DNA of 64,000 nt from a virus: the IMG/VR virus record IMGVR_UViG_3300029787_005452, positions 32,001-96,000 of that record, one strand, 5' to 3'. A program made the translations under genes and the position numbers. The first letter of the stretch is position 1. Each line of letters opens with the position of its first letter. Below, one piece after another: positions 36,558 to 46,277 of the stretch. The notes below the pieces were generated by a model. It worked only from the letters and a program-made list of their open reading frames with translations, was not told the DNA's origin and did not search any database.

Positions 36558-37643
36558 TCATCTATATCTTTTTACGATCTGCTCGAAACTTTCTTCGTTT
36601 GAATCTAATTTAAATTCTTTTTGATATATCTTCAAATCTCTAGCAAATTTTTTCGTCGTTTTTGGTTGTTTAGTTTGCGATCTTACCACTACAGTACCAG
36701 TTTTTCCATCTTTACCAGTTACTTTATGCAGACCACCAGCAGGACCGACAACTATTATACCAGTTTTAAATTTATCTGCTTCTTTATTTAATTTTATTAA
36801 TAAATCTTTAATTGGAATTCCTTCTTGTTTTGACATATTTTTTAAGTCTTGTTTTAAATCTTCATCCGCAACTTTTTTTCTAGTAGCTATTTTAGGTAAA
36901 TAATCTATAAATGATGCTTTATCCCCGTCAGATGCTTTACCATTTTTATTTATAACATCTTTAATACCAGCTAATTCTTTTTTATCATGCTGGGTTGTAC
37001 TAGTAATAGTTAAAGCTAAGGCTTTTAAAACATCTTGGGACAATTCATCACCAAGCATAAATTTTATAAAATTATCTTTTTGACCCTTTTGTCCTAATAA
37101 TGCTTTTTCAGTTTTTGGAGCTTTTTGTTTAATAAGATCGTCTATATCAGTAATAGCTTTATTTCTTATTTTTTCTTCAGCAGCTTTATCAATAGTACCC
37201 TTTTCAATATTAGCTTCTATTTGGTTATAATAATCAATATCTGAAGCTGATACATCTCTTTCTTTACCTTGTTTATATGCATCCCAAACTCTTTTATATC
37301 TAGCATCATTTTCATATCTTTGTTTTCTTACTGGATCTGTAGGTGTATCACCTTTAACACCATACTTTAAATCTTTTTCTGCTTGTTGAGCTTTTAGTTC
37401 TTCTTGTCTTGCTAAAGCTTCTTGTTTTCTGGCTTCAGCACTTCTCATTCTATAACCTCTCGTACCTGGAATAGCTGCAGCAGCTCTACTTAAAAAACCA
37501 CCAACATTAGCTCCCGGTGCTCGAGGCCCTCTTACTTCATTTAAAACTTTTTGAAAATTAGTTTTTTTAAATCTTTCTAATTTAAGAGATCTTTCAGGTA
37601 AAAATTCTTTTTCAACTTTTTCAAATAATTCTTTATCGGTCAT
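36558..37643 (-). CDS. Hypothetical charged protein (late-promoter gene)
   Basis: 361 aa, Lys/Glu-rich; TAAATA 5 nt upstream. Confidence 0.65.
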   Translation of the reverse strand: MTDKELFEKVEKEFLPERSLKLERFKKTNFQKVLNEVRGPRAPGANVGGFLSRAAAAIPGTRGYRMRSAEARKQEALARQEELKAQQAEKDLKYGVKGDTPTDPVRKQRYENDARYKRVWDAYKQGKERDVSASDIDYYNQIEANIEKGTIDKAAEEKIRNKAITDIDDLIKQKAPKTEKALLGQKGQKDNFIKFMLGDELSQDVLKALALTITSTTQHDKKELAGIKDVINKNGKASDGDKASFIDYLPKIATRKKVADEDLKQDLKNMSKQEGIPIKDLLIKLNKEADKFKTGIIVVGPAGGLHKVTGKDGKTGTVVVRSQTKQPKTTKKFARDLKIYQKEFKLDSNEESFEQIVKRYR

Positions 37644-37670
37644 TGAAATATTTAATCTATATGGTATAAT
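37643..37670 (+). promoter_or_regulatory. Sigma70-type promoter TTGAAA-N16-TATAAT with extended -10 TG
   Basis: The -10 box is 6 nt before the folE2 ATG (37677). Confidence 0.65.
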
Positions 37671-37676
37671 AGATAT

Positions 37677-38729
37677 ATGTCCGAAAAAAATAAAAGTTAT
37701 GAATGGTTAGGTGATGATGTAAGTGAAAGTGAACTTACCGGTGAAAAGGATATTATTGCAAAAGAACTAATGGGAGAAGAATATAGTAAAAGTTACTTTC
37801 CACCTATTAGAGTTTATGATAATAAAGTTAAAGCAGATAGAAAATATATTTCATCATTACCTGACTTACAAAACGGTCCATCAAGTTTAATTCAAGGTGC
37901 TGCGGTGCCTATTCAGCAAGTAGGTATACATAATTTTAAGTTACCTCTTACTTATAAAAAGAGAGACGGTAAGACTATTAATCTTGAAACTAGTGTAACT
38001 GGTAGTGTTAGTTTAGAAGCTCATAAGAAAGGTATTAATATGTCTCGTATTATGAGAAGTTTTTATGATCATAAGGATGATCTATTTAGTATTGATAATA
38101 TTAAAGATGTATTAGAATCATATAGAGAAAATCTTAAATGTTTTGATTCAAGAATTATGCTTAAGATTTCATACCCTATAAAGCAAACAAGTTTACGTAG
38201 TGGTTTAGAAGGTTATCAATATTACGATGTAGTGTTTGAAGGTGATATTACTAAGGATGGTGAGTTTAAGAAGTATATTCACTTTGATTTTGTATATTCA
38301 TCTGCATGCCCTTGTAGTTTTGAATTAAGTGAGCATGCTGAAAAGTATCGTAATCGTGCTACTGTACCTCATAGTCAACGTAGTGTTGCAAGAGTTAGTG
38401 TTAAGTTTGACGATATGTTATGGGTAGAAGATATACAAGAGTTATGTTTAGCTGCTTTGCAAACTGAGACCCAAGTTATGGTTAAGAGAGAAGATGAGCA
38501 AGCATTTGCTGAACTGAATGGTTCTAATCTAAAGTTTGTTGAAGATGCGGTACGTTTAATGTATGAAAAGCTTAGTAGTGAGTCTCGTATTAAAGACTTT
38601 AAGATTGTAGCATCTCATAATGAAAGTCTTCATAGCCATAACGCTATATCAGTTATAGTTAAAGGAGTTAAAGATGGCTTCTCTGCTGGAGTTGCTAGAG
38701 ATGTATTTGAAACTACAGGTTTAAGATAA
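37677..38729 (+). CDS. folE2: GTP cyclohydrolase I type IB
   Basis: PDLQ, QQVGI, KGINMSRI, YSSACPCS, HSQRS, VKREDE, FVEDAVR, ESLHSHNA. Confidence 0.92.
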   Translation: MSEKNKSYEWLGDDVSESELTGEKDIIAKELMGEEYSKSYFPPIRVYDNKVKADRKYISSLPDLQNGPSSLIQGAAVPIQQVGIHNFKLPLTYKKRDGKTINLETSVTGSVSLEAHKKGINMSRIMRSFYDHKDDLFSIDNIKDVLESYRENLKCFDSRIMLKISYPIKQTSLRSGLEGYQYYDVVFEGDITKDGEFKKYIHFDFVYSSACPCSFELSEHAEKYRNRATVPHSQRSVARVSVKFDDMLWVEDIQELCLAALQTETQVMVKREDEQAFAELNGSNLKFVEDAVRLMYEKLSSESRIKDFKIVASHNESLHSHNAISVIVKGVKDGFSAGVARDVFETTGLR

Positions 38730-39161
38730 TTAGTCTAAATTACCTTCTTTACTTACATCAATTAAACCACCTAATTGTTCAATAAATTCTTTACCGACTA
38801 GTATTTTATATTCATTGTCTTCTCTTGAACCTATAGAAAATTTAGTATTAGGGTAAGTCTTACCACCTATTTCAATATCAAATTCGACAACAGGTCGATT
38901 ATCAATAGTAGGCTCTCCATCTGGACCTGAACCTACATTGATATCAATATATTCTTTAATAGGTTTAGTAACAGTTTTATTATTAACTGTATCGAAAGTT
39001 ACCTGTTCTTTATTGTCTTGAATATTAATACCGTGCAAGACATTATAAGCCCCATTACCGCTATCAATTTTAGCTTCAATGGGACCTAATTCTTCAAATG
39101 TTATAGTTTCTATTAAACCGAGAGGTTTATTAGACTCAAAGAATTTTTTAAAGGTAATCAC
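38730..39161 (-). CDS. Retropepsin-like putative protease (RimK-associated type)
   Basis: AKIDSGNG, RPVVEF, SRE...ILVGKEF; GTG start with TAAATA 5 nt upstream; leader MITFKKFFE. Confidence 0.7.
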   Translation of the reverse strand: MITFKKFFESNKPLGLIETITFEELGPIEAKIDSGNGAYNVLHGINIQDNKEQVTFDTVNNKTVTKPIKEYIDINVGSGPDGEPTIDNRPVVEFDIEIGGKTYPNTKFSIGSREDNEYKILVGKEFIEQLGGLIDVSKEGNLD

Positions 39162-39169
39162 ATTATTAT

Positions 39170-39358
39170 TTATGCTTTACCAGCGTTCTTTACATCTTGT
39201 ATATCTTTTCTAATAGCTTTTGTTAATTTAGCTATTTCCAATAATGCTTTTCTTGCTCGAGTACCTGCAGCTGCGATACCCTTTTCATTAAATTTTTGAA
39301 TTTCTTCTTCAAAAGAATTAAACTGCTCAGTTATATTTTTAATATTTTCTTCATTCAT
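39170..39358 (-). CDS. Hc1/histone H1-like small nucleoid protein
   Basis: KFNEKG.AAAGTRARKALLEIAKL.K.IRK.IQ..KN pattern. Confidence 0.7.
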   Translation of the reverse strand: MNEENIKNITEQFNSFEEEIQKFNEKGIAAAGTRARKALLEIAKLTKAIRKDIQDVKNAGKA

Positions 39359-39368
39359 AATAATCTAT

Positions 39369-40121
39369 TTAACCATTATAGTTAAAAATACCATACCATG
39401 AGTTTCTATAATCTCCTAAAAAACCATTTTTATACAAATAACATATATCGTGATCGGGATTATAACTTGAAAAAATATCAATTTCATAATCTCTGTATAA
39501 GTTGGTAATTTCATCTAAAATAGGTATAAATACTTTTCTATTAATATTTAAGTTTTCTTTACTTAAAGTATATGAATTTTCTGCTTGAAAATCTTTATAA
39601 AAAATACCATTTTTAATTTTTTCATTTATATATTTTTTATGTTTTACAGTTCCACAAAAAGCTAAATTTGTAACTATAGTTATTTTTGAAAATTTATTAG
39701 TTTTAATTTTTTCATTTATTTTCTTTTTATAATTAAAAAATAAATTGTTTTTTAATTTATTACTATACCAATTAACAATATGGTCTCCTAGTCTAAAATA
39801 AATTACTAATTCATTATCATCAGGTAATTGTAAACTATTTAAATTATTTTTAATATATTTATCAATACATAGTTTAAGTATAGGTCCTGAATAACCTGGT
39901 TCATATAATTTTTTCAATATATATGGATGTCTAAAATATATACCTAAAATAGTATTTTTATATTCCTCATTATATGCTAAATTTTTTCTATTTATTTTAG
40001 TATATGGATCGTAAGTTTTATTAAAATCACCTATCAATATATTAGCCACATTATAATCTAACATATCTTCAGTAATTTTAATTTTATTAAATAATTCTTC
40101 GCTTTTTTTCATACTACCCAA
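39369..40121 (-). CDS. Hypothetical protein, possibly fucosyltransferase-like
   Basis: VIYFRLGD resembles the HxRxGD motif of GT11/GT23; weak. Confidence 0.35.
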   Translation of the reverse strand: MGSMKKSEELFNKIKITEDMLDYNVANILIGDFNKTYDPYTKINRKNLAYNEEYKNTILGIYFRHPYILKKLYEPGYSGPILKLCIDKYIKNNLNSLQLPDDNELVIYFRLGDHIVNWYSNKLKNNLFFNYKKKINEKIKTNKFSKITIVTNLAFCGTVKHKKYINEKIKNGIFYKDFQAENSYTLSKENLNINRKVFIPILDEITNLYRDYEIDIFSSYNPDHDICYLYKNGFLGDYRNSWYGIFNYNG

Positions 40122-40738
40122 TTATTATCACATAAATGTATTCCGTAAATATTTTTATAAAAATTTTTATTTTTATTAGTTACTATTTTATTTTCAACCA
40201 ATAAAGTATCTTTATTTTCTTTATAATTATTTGTTAAAAAAGCTGGACCTGCTACTTCCATATTATCATATATATTATCATATTTTTTATTATCATAATT
40301 ATGCAATTTTTTAATTAATTTTTCTATAAATTTATTTTTAGGTGGAGAATATATTAACATAGGATCTATATATTTTTTATAATTTTTATTAGAAAAATAA
40401 TCATTTATTGCATTTTGAGAAAAAAGACAACATTTATTTTCAGACAATAAATTAGTTATATCTTTTTTAAAAATTATATCTAAATCCATATATAAACCAC
40501 CATACTCATACAAATAAAAATATCTAACTGCATCTACTTTATTAATATAATGATTATAACTTTCATAAATTTTATAAAAAGAAGGGTATTTACTTTTTAT
40601 AAAAAAATTATTTTCATCGTCAGTCCATAATTTATATTCCCAACCTTTAAAAAATTTTTTATTTTTTATTTTTAAAGTTAAATATTTCACTGGTAAAGTT
40701 TCAGTAGACCAACTTTGATGTATGGTTTTATATATCAT
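40109..40738 (-). CDS. Glycosyltransferase, GT32/OCH1-like DxD family
   Basis: KTIHQSW, WEYKLWTD, DAVRYFYLYEYGGLYMDLD, AGPAFLT. Confidence 0.85.
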   Translation of the reverse strand: MIYKTIHQSWSTETLPVKYLTLKIKNKKFFKGWEYKLWTDDENNFFIKSKYPSFYKIYESYNHYINKVDAVRYFYLYEYGGLYMDLDIIFKKDITNLLSENKCCLFSQNAINDYFSNKNYKKYIDPMLIYSPPKNKFIEKLIKKLHNYDNKKYDNIYDNMEVAGPAFLTNNYKENKDTLLVENKIVTNKNKNFYKNIYGIHLCDNNWVV

Positions 40739-41264
40739 TTATATCAATCCTTTCTGAACCATAAAAATTTTTAATACCTTTATTACTTAATATTTCTCTA
40801 TATAAAGGAGTTTCATAATTATAAGGAAAACAAAAACTATCAGGAATAAAATTTAAATTTTTTAAAAAATTATTATTCATTAACCTATTATCCTCTATAA
40901 TACATTCAACACAATCAGCAGTTTTTATTTTATGAAAATGACTATGACATCCAATATAACAATTTTTATAATTTAAAATATTTTTTATTTGAGACCATTT
41001 CATATAATTAGTAAAATTATTTTTAAAAGCTTTTTTATGAGCATTATAACATGTTATAAAGGTATCATTTTGTATTTTATCTTCTTCACAAACTATACCA
41101 CTACTAATAAAAAAATATTTTTCAGTTTTAATTTTTAATATATCTTCCAAAAAAAGATATTGAGTATATAACCCATCATCAAATGTTAAAATATAATCTT
41201 CTAATGGTAAATTTAAAAACGATTCTTTAAATTCATGAATCATTAAAATTTTTTTACTACTCAT
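40728..41264 (-). CDS. Polysaccharide deacetylase (NodB-like)
   Basis: ILTFDDG, GCHSHFH, FCFPYN. Confidence 0.75.
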   Translation of the reverse strand: MSSKKILMIHEFKESFLNLPLEDYILTFDDGLYTQYLFLEDILKIKTEKYFFISSGIVCEEDKIQNDTFITCYNAHKKAFKNNFTNYMKWSQIKNILNYKNCYIGCHSHFHKIKTADCVECIIEDNRLMNNNFLKNLNFIPDSFCFPYNYETPLYREILSNKGIKNFYGSERIDINDI

Positions 41265-41911
41265 ACTCTATTAAAAATACAAATAAAGGGTTCAGCTTGT
41301 CTATAACCTGAAATACTTCCGTAATATAAATCTCTATATTTAATATATTCAATACTAAGAGGATCAGGAGACTGTTTCAATTCAGTTGAATATCTATTAA
41401 TACATTTATATTTTACATTTATATTTTTTTCAATATTTACATATGTATTATAATCTATACCTTGAAAATTCCATTCACCGCTACCGGGTATAGAAAATTC
41501 ATATAACGTTGTAACAGGGCTATTATGTCTTGGTCTGCATGCAACTCTCACAGATTTAGATACTATTTGATGATCTATATGTATATCATTACTATAATTT
41601 GTATAAACTATATTCGGTTGTACCTGATTTATTATAGATGATATATAACTATTAATAGATAAATTAGAATGTTTATCTAGACTTACATCATCATATACAT
41701 GTTGAATTAATTTGGTAATACCTAAACTTTTAATATTTTCGTTAAGAGCATTTTTACGTAAATTTTCTACATTTAAATTACTACCTGGTCTATTACCTCT
41801 ACATAATACACATAATGTTATATTATTATCTTTAGATAATTTTGATATTGTACCACCCATACCAAACTCTGCATCGTCTGGATGGGCTGCGATTATTAAA
41901 ATTTTTTTCAT
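41261..41911 (-). CDS. PIG-L/LmbE family deacetylase
   Basis: AAHPDDAEFGMGG, DIHIDHQ, AEPF. Confidence 0.88.
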   Translation of the reverse strand: MKKILIIAAHPDDAEFGMGGTISKLSKDNNITLCVLCRGNRPGSNLNVENLRKNALNENIKSLGITKLIQHVYDDVSLDKHSNLSINSYISSIINQVQPNIVYTNYSNDIHIDHQIVSKSVRVACRPRHNSPVTTLYEFSIPGSGEWNFQGIDYNTYVNIEKNINVKYKCINRYSTELKQSPDPLSIEYIKYRDLYYGSISGYRQAEPFICIFNRV

Positions 41912-42495
41912 GTATATAACTTTTTAATATTAGTGATTGTTTCACACTTTAAATTATTATAATTATAAATTATATTTTGACTATTTACAACGTCTAAAGT
42001 TTGATTTATAAAACTATTTAAAGTTATAAATTTAATTTTTTTATCTAAATCTTTATCTGGAATATCATTTAATCTTATTTTTTTCATTAAACCTTTATTC
42101 CTGGTTTTATCATACACTCTAGGTATTCTCAATATTACCCAATTATCATAATTATTTTTTACATATTCCTCTATTAAAAATTTACTAGTGCAATATATGT
42201 TTTCAGTAGGAGTTTCAACACCTAATGTACTAGCAAATATAAATTTAGAATTATTTTTTTTAGCTAAATTTAATACATTTATAGTTCCATTAATAATAGT
42301 TTTTATAGTTTTAGTTTCATCTATAAAATCATAATCATCACTAGGACCAGCAAAATGAAAAACATTATCAATTTTTGAAGGTAAATAAAAATTATCAATT
42401 AAAATATCCCCATAATCGACATTCCAACCATTTATTTCCTTTTTAAGATTACTACCTAAAAATCCTTTTTCAGCCCCTGTAAATACATTTACCAT
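41908..42495 (-). CDS. Short NAD-dependent epimerase/dehydratase
   Basis: TGAEKGFLG, FHFAG, GTINVL, FASTL, YCTSK, LRIP. Confidence 0.75.
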   Translation of the reverse strand: MVNVFTGAEKGFLGSNLKKEINGWNVDYGDILIDNFYLPSKIDNVFHFAGPSDDYDFIDETKTIKTIINGTINVLNLAKKNNSKFIFASTLGVETPTENIYCTSKFLIEEYVKNNYDNWVILRIPRVYDKTRNKGLMKKIRLNDIPDKDLDKKIKFITLNSFINQTLDVVNSQNIIYNYNNLKCETITNIKKLYT

Positions 42496-42965
42496 TTACA
42501 ATCATCCCAACCTAATCTAATATAATATGAACCATTTTTTCTAATACAATTGCATAATATACTTATAAATTCTTTACCGGTATTAGGTTCAAATAAAGGT
42601 ATATCTAATAATTCCATTATTTCTTTATCATCATCTAGGGTATGTCCAACACCTAAATGATCATAACAACCGTTTGCACCGGCATTTACAAAAATTAAAT
42701 TATCACCAAAAGTTTTTCTATAAAATTTTAATTGTTCATAACCTTTATATATATTAAATCCAGCAACACCATATATAATAACTTTTTTACCTTGACTTGC
42801 TAAACCTAAAGCTATATTAATCATGTTAGGTTCTTGTACACCGACATTTATACATCTATTAGTATTTTTTTCGTTAAACAATTCAAATCTCCACATATCA
42901 GCATGCAGAAAATACAAGCTATCATTATTATATTTTTTTAAAAATCTGTCAAGTATTTTTCTCAT
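42489..42965 (-). CDS. Transketolase-like pyrimidine-binding subunit (split, short)
   Basis: INVGVQEPNMINIALGLA..G, YEQLK, GHT..DD, YIRL. Confidence 0.8.
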   Translation of the reverse strand: MRKILDRFLKKYNNDSLYFLHADMWRFELFNEKNTNRCINVGVQEPNMINIALGLASQGKKVIIYGVAGFNIYKGYEQLKFYRKTFGDNLIFVNAGANGCYDHLGVGHTLDDDKEIMELLDIPLFEPNTGKEFISILCNCIRKNGSYYIRLGWDDCKW

Positions 42966-42970
42966 TTTAA

Positions 42971-43642
42971 TTATATTTTTTTATAGTGCCACTCATGGGG
43001 GTTTTCTTCCATTTCTTTTATACCATAACCTTTTATTGTGTTATAAAAGATAACAGTAGGTTTTTTATAATTTATTTTTTTAAAATTATTTTTAATTTCA
43101 TTATAATTATGACCATTAACAATGTGAACTTCCCAATTATAATTTCTAAACATATCTATTACTGGTTTAACATCTATAATATCATTTACATTACCGGTTA
43201 CCTGACTGTTATTATAATCGACTGTTACTAAAATATTTTTTATTTGTTTTTGGCCGATAAATTGTATACCTTCTAATTCACTACCCATTTGCAAAGCAGC
43301 ATCAGATAAATTAACCCAAGTAATTTTATCGCTAGCTAAAGATATACCAGCAGCAACCCCTAATGTATTTCCTAAAGATTCACCGGAAAAATTTACAAAA
43401 TCTATTTCTGAATGTTTTAAAATATTATGATATTCATTAATGTTTTTATCAAGATAACCTAGTTTTTTCCAAGGTATATAATATGCCTGGCTACCAAAAG
43501 GCTTACCTATAACAAAATTATGTTTATATGGTTTAATAAATTTTTCATTAAATAAACATTCTATATAAGTAGACATTGATAATGCAGATGGTATATGTTT
43601 AAAACCGTATTTTTTAGATTCATTATATATTTCATTAAACAT
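42971..43642 (-). CDS. Transketolase-like TPP-binding N-terminal subunit
   Basis: HIPSALS, GESLGNTLGVAAG, degenerate SDAALQMG (GDGxxxEG position), VDYN, NGHN, TIKGYG, HEWH. Confidence 0.8.
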   Translation of the reverse strand: MFNEIYNESKKYGFKHIPSALSMSTYIECLFNEKFIKPYKHNFVIGKPFGSQAYYIPWKKLGYLDKNINEYHNILKHSEIDFVNFSGESLGNTLGVAAGISLASDKITWVNLSDAALQMGSELEGIQFIGQKQIKNILVTVDYNNSQVTGNVNDIIDVKPVIDMFRNYNWEVHIVNGHNYNEIKNNFKKINYKKPTVIFYNTIKGYGIKEMEENPHEWHYKKI

Positions 43643-44751
43643 TATACTTTTATTTTTTTATGATTTAACATTAAATCACATCTACATCCATTACTGACTG
43701 GACATATAACACAATCATTAAATTTTTTATTTAATAAATCTAGTTCTTCGTTAGTACAATCGTGGGTAAATTTACCCTTTGGATCAATTCCCCATACTTT
43801 AGCAGTACATTTCCAACCTTTAAATCTATCTAACTTTAATGATCTTAAAAAAATTTCAGGTATATATACTGTGTTGTTATCTTTATCTTTTAATCTTATT
43901 TGTCTTTGTATATTATTTTCTAATAAATTAAAACCTTTATAATTTTTTGAATAGTTTATAATTTTTTTTAATATTTCGATAGTTTTATTAGTATCAGTTT
44001 TAAAATTAAAACCATTATAAGTAGATGTAGGGTGTAACAAATTTATATGAAATATTAAGTTATTTTTATTTAATTCTTCCATGAAACTAAATATTTTATC
44101 CCATTTTTCTTCTTCTGCCGGAAAATTTATATTTGTATAAAAATTACAATTTTTCATGTTGTGAAGTTCAATACATTTTTTTAAAAATATATCATTTTTA
44201 GCATATTCATTATGATAAGAACCACTAATATAAAGTTTATTGTATTTTTGATTATCAAATTTTTTATAAAATGAAGCAGGTTTTGTCAAATTAGTAACTA
44301 ATTCAACCCTTTTACATTTTTTATTTTTATTTAATTCCTCAATAATATTAAAAATTTTTGGATGAGTCGTTGGCTCTCCACCTAAAACCTCTACATTAAA
44401 ATTTGGAGTATTTCTTAATTTTAGTTTATTAAGTACAATTTTATAATGATTTAATAGAGAATTATCAAATTTATCTGTAAGTGTATCTTCCATATAACAG
44501 TAAGAACATCTATATTGACAAAAATAAGTTACTTCCCAACATAAATTTAACAATTCTCTATCTTTTTCATCTCCAGCTTCAATAAAATTATCTATAGATA
44601 AATTTTTATTTGTTTTTAAAAAATTTTCAAAACTATTAAAATTATTATACGCAAAACTATTAAAACTACCCTCATTGTATATTTTTCTTGTATTTGTCAA
44701 CATTGATATCGTTGGCGCGCTACTTAGGATTTTATTATCTGTGGTGTTCAT
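43642..44751 (-). CDS. Radical SAM protein with C-terminal Cys cluster
   Basis: CQYRCSYC, LGGEPTTHP, TNL; C-terminal CTAK...DC...CP...CRC. Confidence 0.88.
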   Translation of the reverse strand: MNTTDNKILSSAPTISMLTNTRKIYNEGSFNSFAYNNFNSFENFLKTNKNLSIDNFIEAGDEKDRELLNLCWEVTYFCQYRCSYCYMEDTLTDKFDNSLLNHYKIVLNKLKLRNTPNFNVEVLGGEPTTHPKIFNIIEELNKNKKCKRVELVTNLTKPASFYKKFDNQKYNKLYISGSYHNEYAKNDIFLKKCIELHNMKNCNFYTNINFPAEEEKWDKIFSFMEELNKNNLIFHINLLHPTSTYNGFNFKTDTNKTIEILKKIINYSKNYKGFNLLENNIQRQIRLKDKDNNTVYIPEIFLRSLKLDRFKGWKCTAKVWGIDPKGKFTHDCTNEELDLLNKKFNDCVICPVSNGCRCDLMLNHKKIKV

Positions 44752-45259
44752 ATTTTTTTATTATTTTATTAATAATTCTTTTTATCTTATTTTCTTTTCT
44801 TATTAATTTTTGGCTACTACCATCAAAAGAAATATATATATTTTTTGAATCTCTATAAATTATATTTATATTTTTTGTTTTGAATATAAACTTACTACTA
44901 ATTTTACTAATATTGTTTTTATATATTTTAAAAGCTTTTATTAAACCGGAATTTCTATTTATTAAGTAAATTTTAAATGATAAAATTTTACCTATATGGT
45001 TTAGATCTATACCAACAAGAATATAGTTACTACCTATATCAAATAATCTATAGTAAAATATTAATTTATTTTTTTGTATACTAAAATGAAAATATTTTGT
45101 TTTATAAAAAAATTTTTGATAATTATAAAAATTTTTTTTATCTATATAATTTTTTATTAAATTATATTTAAAGTTATCTAAATTATAATATTCATATGAA
45201 TAATAAAAATTACCATTATCATAATCAATAGTGGTTGTATCTTGATATAAATCTATCAT
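44735..45259 (-). CDS. Hypothetical protein (Tyr/Lys/Asn-rich)
   Basis: 174 aa, coupled by overlaps; extremely AT-rich. Confidence 0.45.
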   Translation of the reverse strand: MIDLYQDTTTIDYDNGNFYYSYEYYNLDNFKYNLIKNYIDKKNFYNYQKFFYKTKYFHFSIQKNKLIFYYRLFDIGSNYILVGIDLNHIGKILSFKIYLINRNSGLIKAFKIYKNNISKISSKFIFKTKNINIIYRDSKNIYISFDGSSQKLIRKENKIKRIINKIIKKYEHHR

Positions 45260-45687
45260 ATATATTTTTGTATTATTTTATCTAGGTCCGAAAAACTATT
45301 AAAAATAATAGAATCCTTATTTAAATACCAAGTGATTAATGTTATATCATTGTGAAAAAAATCATTACCTTTTTTTCTATCATTTAGTATTTTTTCTAGA
45401 TTGTCTCTAGATAATTTATAATTACCAATTATTTTAAGTTGATATTTTTCGGCTTGAATAGGGTGATTAGTTAATAAAATTAATTCATCATTTAAATTTT
45501 TTATTCTATTTTTAAGAATATTATATTCTTTTTCTAAATGTTTTTCAAAATTACCATTTATAAAATGTTTTTTTAAAAAAATTTTTTCATTTTTTGTTAA
45601 TAAACTATCTATATCAATTAATTTTTTATATTTTTTACTTAGAGTAGTTTTACCGCAACCAGGAGATATTATTATAGTTTTTTTCAT
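45256..45687 (-). CDS. Small P-loop kinase-like protein
   Basis: SPGCGKTT Walker A followed by IDID. Confidence 0.55.
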   Translation of the reverse strand: MKKTIIISPGCGKTTLSKKYKKLIDIDSLLTKNEKIFLKKHFINGNFEKHLEKEYNILKNRIKNLNDELILLTNHPIQAEKYQLKIIGNYKLSRDNLEKILNDRKKGNDFFHNDITLITWYLNKDSIIFNSFSDLDKIIQKYI

Positions 45688-46277
45688 TAAAAAATTAAAG
45701 TAGGTTTATCTGTAGATGGTATAACTAAATTCATATCAATAAAATTTAATTTATCGCTATCATAACAAAAAGAATTAACATTAACTTGGTTTATAAATAG
45801 ATTTTGTTTAGGTTCAATTATTTTACTATAATAAATACTACTTATTTCATGTTTTAATTTATTATATATGTTATTATAAATTTTTTTATTAGTGTTTAAT
45901 AACATATTTTGTAATATACATTTTTTAGTTAAGAAATAATTTATATCAGTTATATTTATTTCTTTAACAGACAATTCAAAAATAAAAATATTATTATGTC
46001 TAGAAATACATTTTGGAAAAAAATAATGCTTTAAATTGAAATAATTGTATATTTTTTTATAATATTCAAGTGATTTATATTTACCGAATATATTAAGTAA
46101 TTCTGGGTCTATTTTATCAATATAAAATATTAGATATAATTTTTTATTACTCTTTATTATATATGATAAAGACTTTTGATAATTACTATTTTTAAGATTA
46201 TCAATAATTTTTACTATTTTATAATTTTTATAAATTTTATGTGTAAAATTATATAATTCTTTATAAATTTTATCCAT
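45687..46277 (-). CDS. Hypothetical protein
   Basis: 196 aa, coupled by overlaps; AT-rich. Confidence 0.45.
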   Translation of the reverse strand: MDKIYKELYNFTHKIYKNYKIVKIIDNLKNSNYQKSLSYIIKSNKKLYLIFYIDKIDPELLNIFGKYKSLEYYKKIYNYFNLKHYFFPKCISRHNNIFIFELSVKEINITDINYFLTKKCILQNMLLNTNKKIYNNIYNKLKHEISSIYYSKIIEPKQNLFINQVNVNSFCYDSDKLNFIDMNLVIPSTDKPTLIF

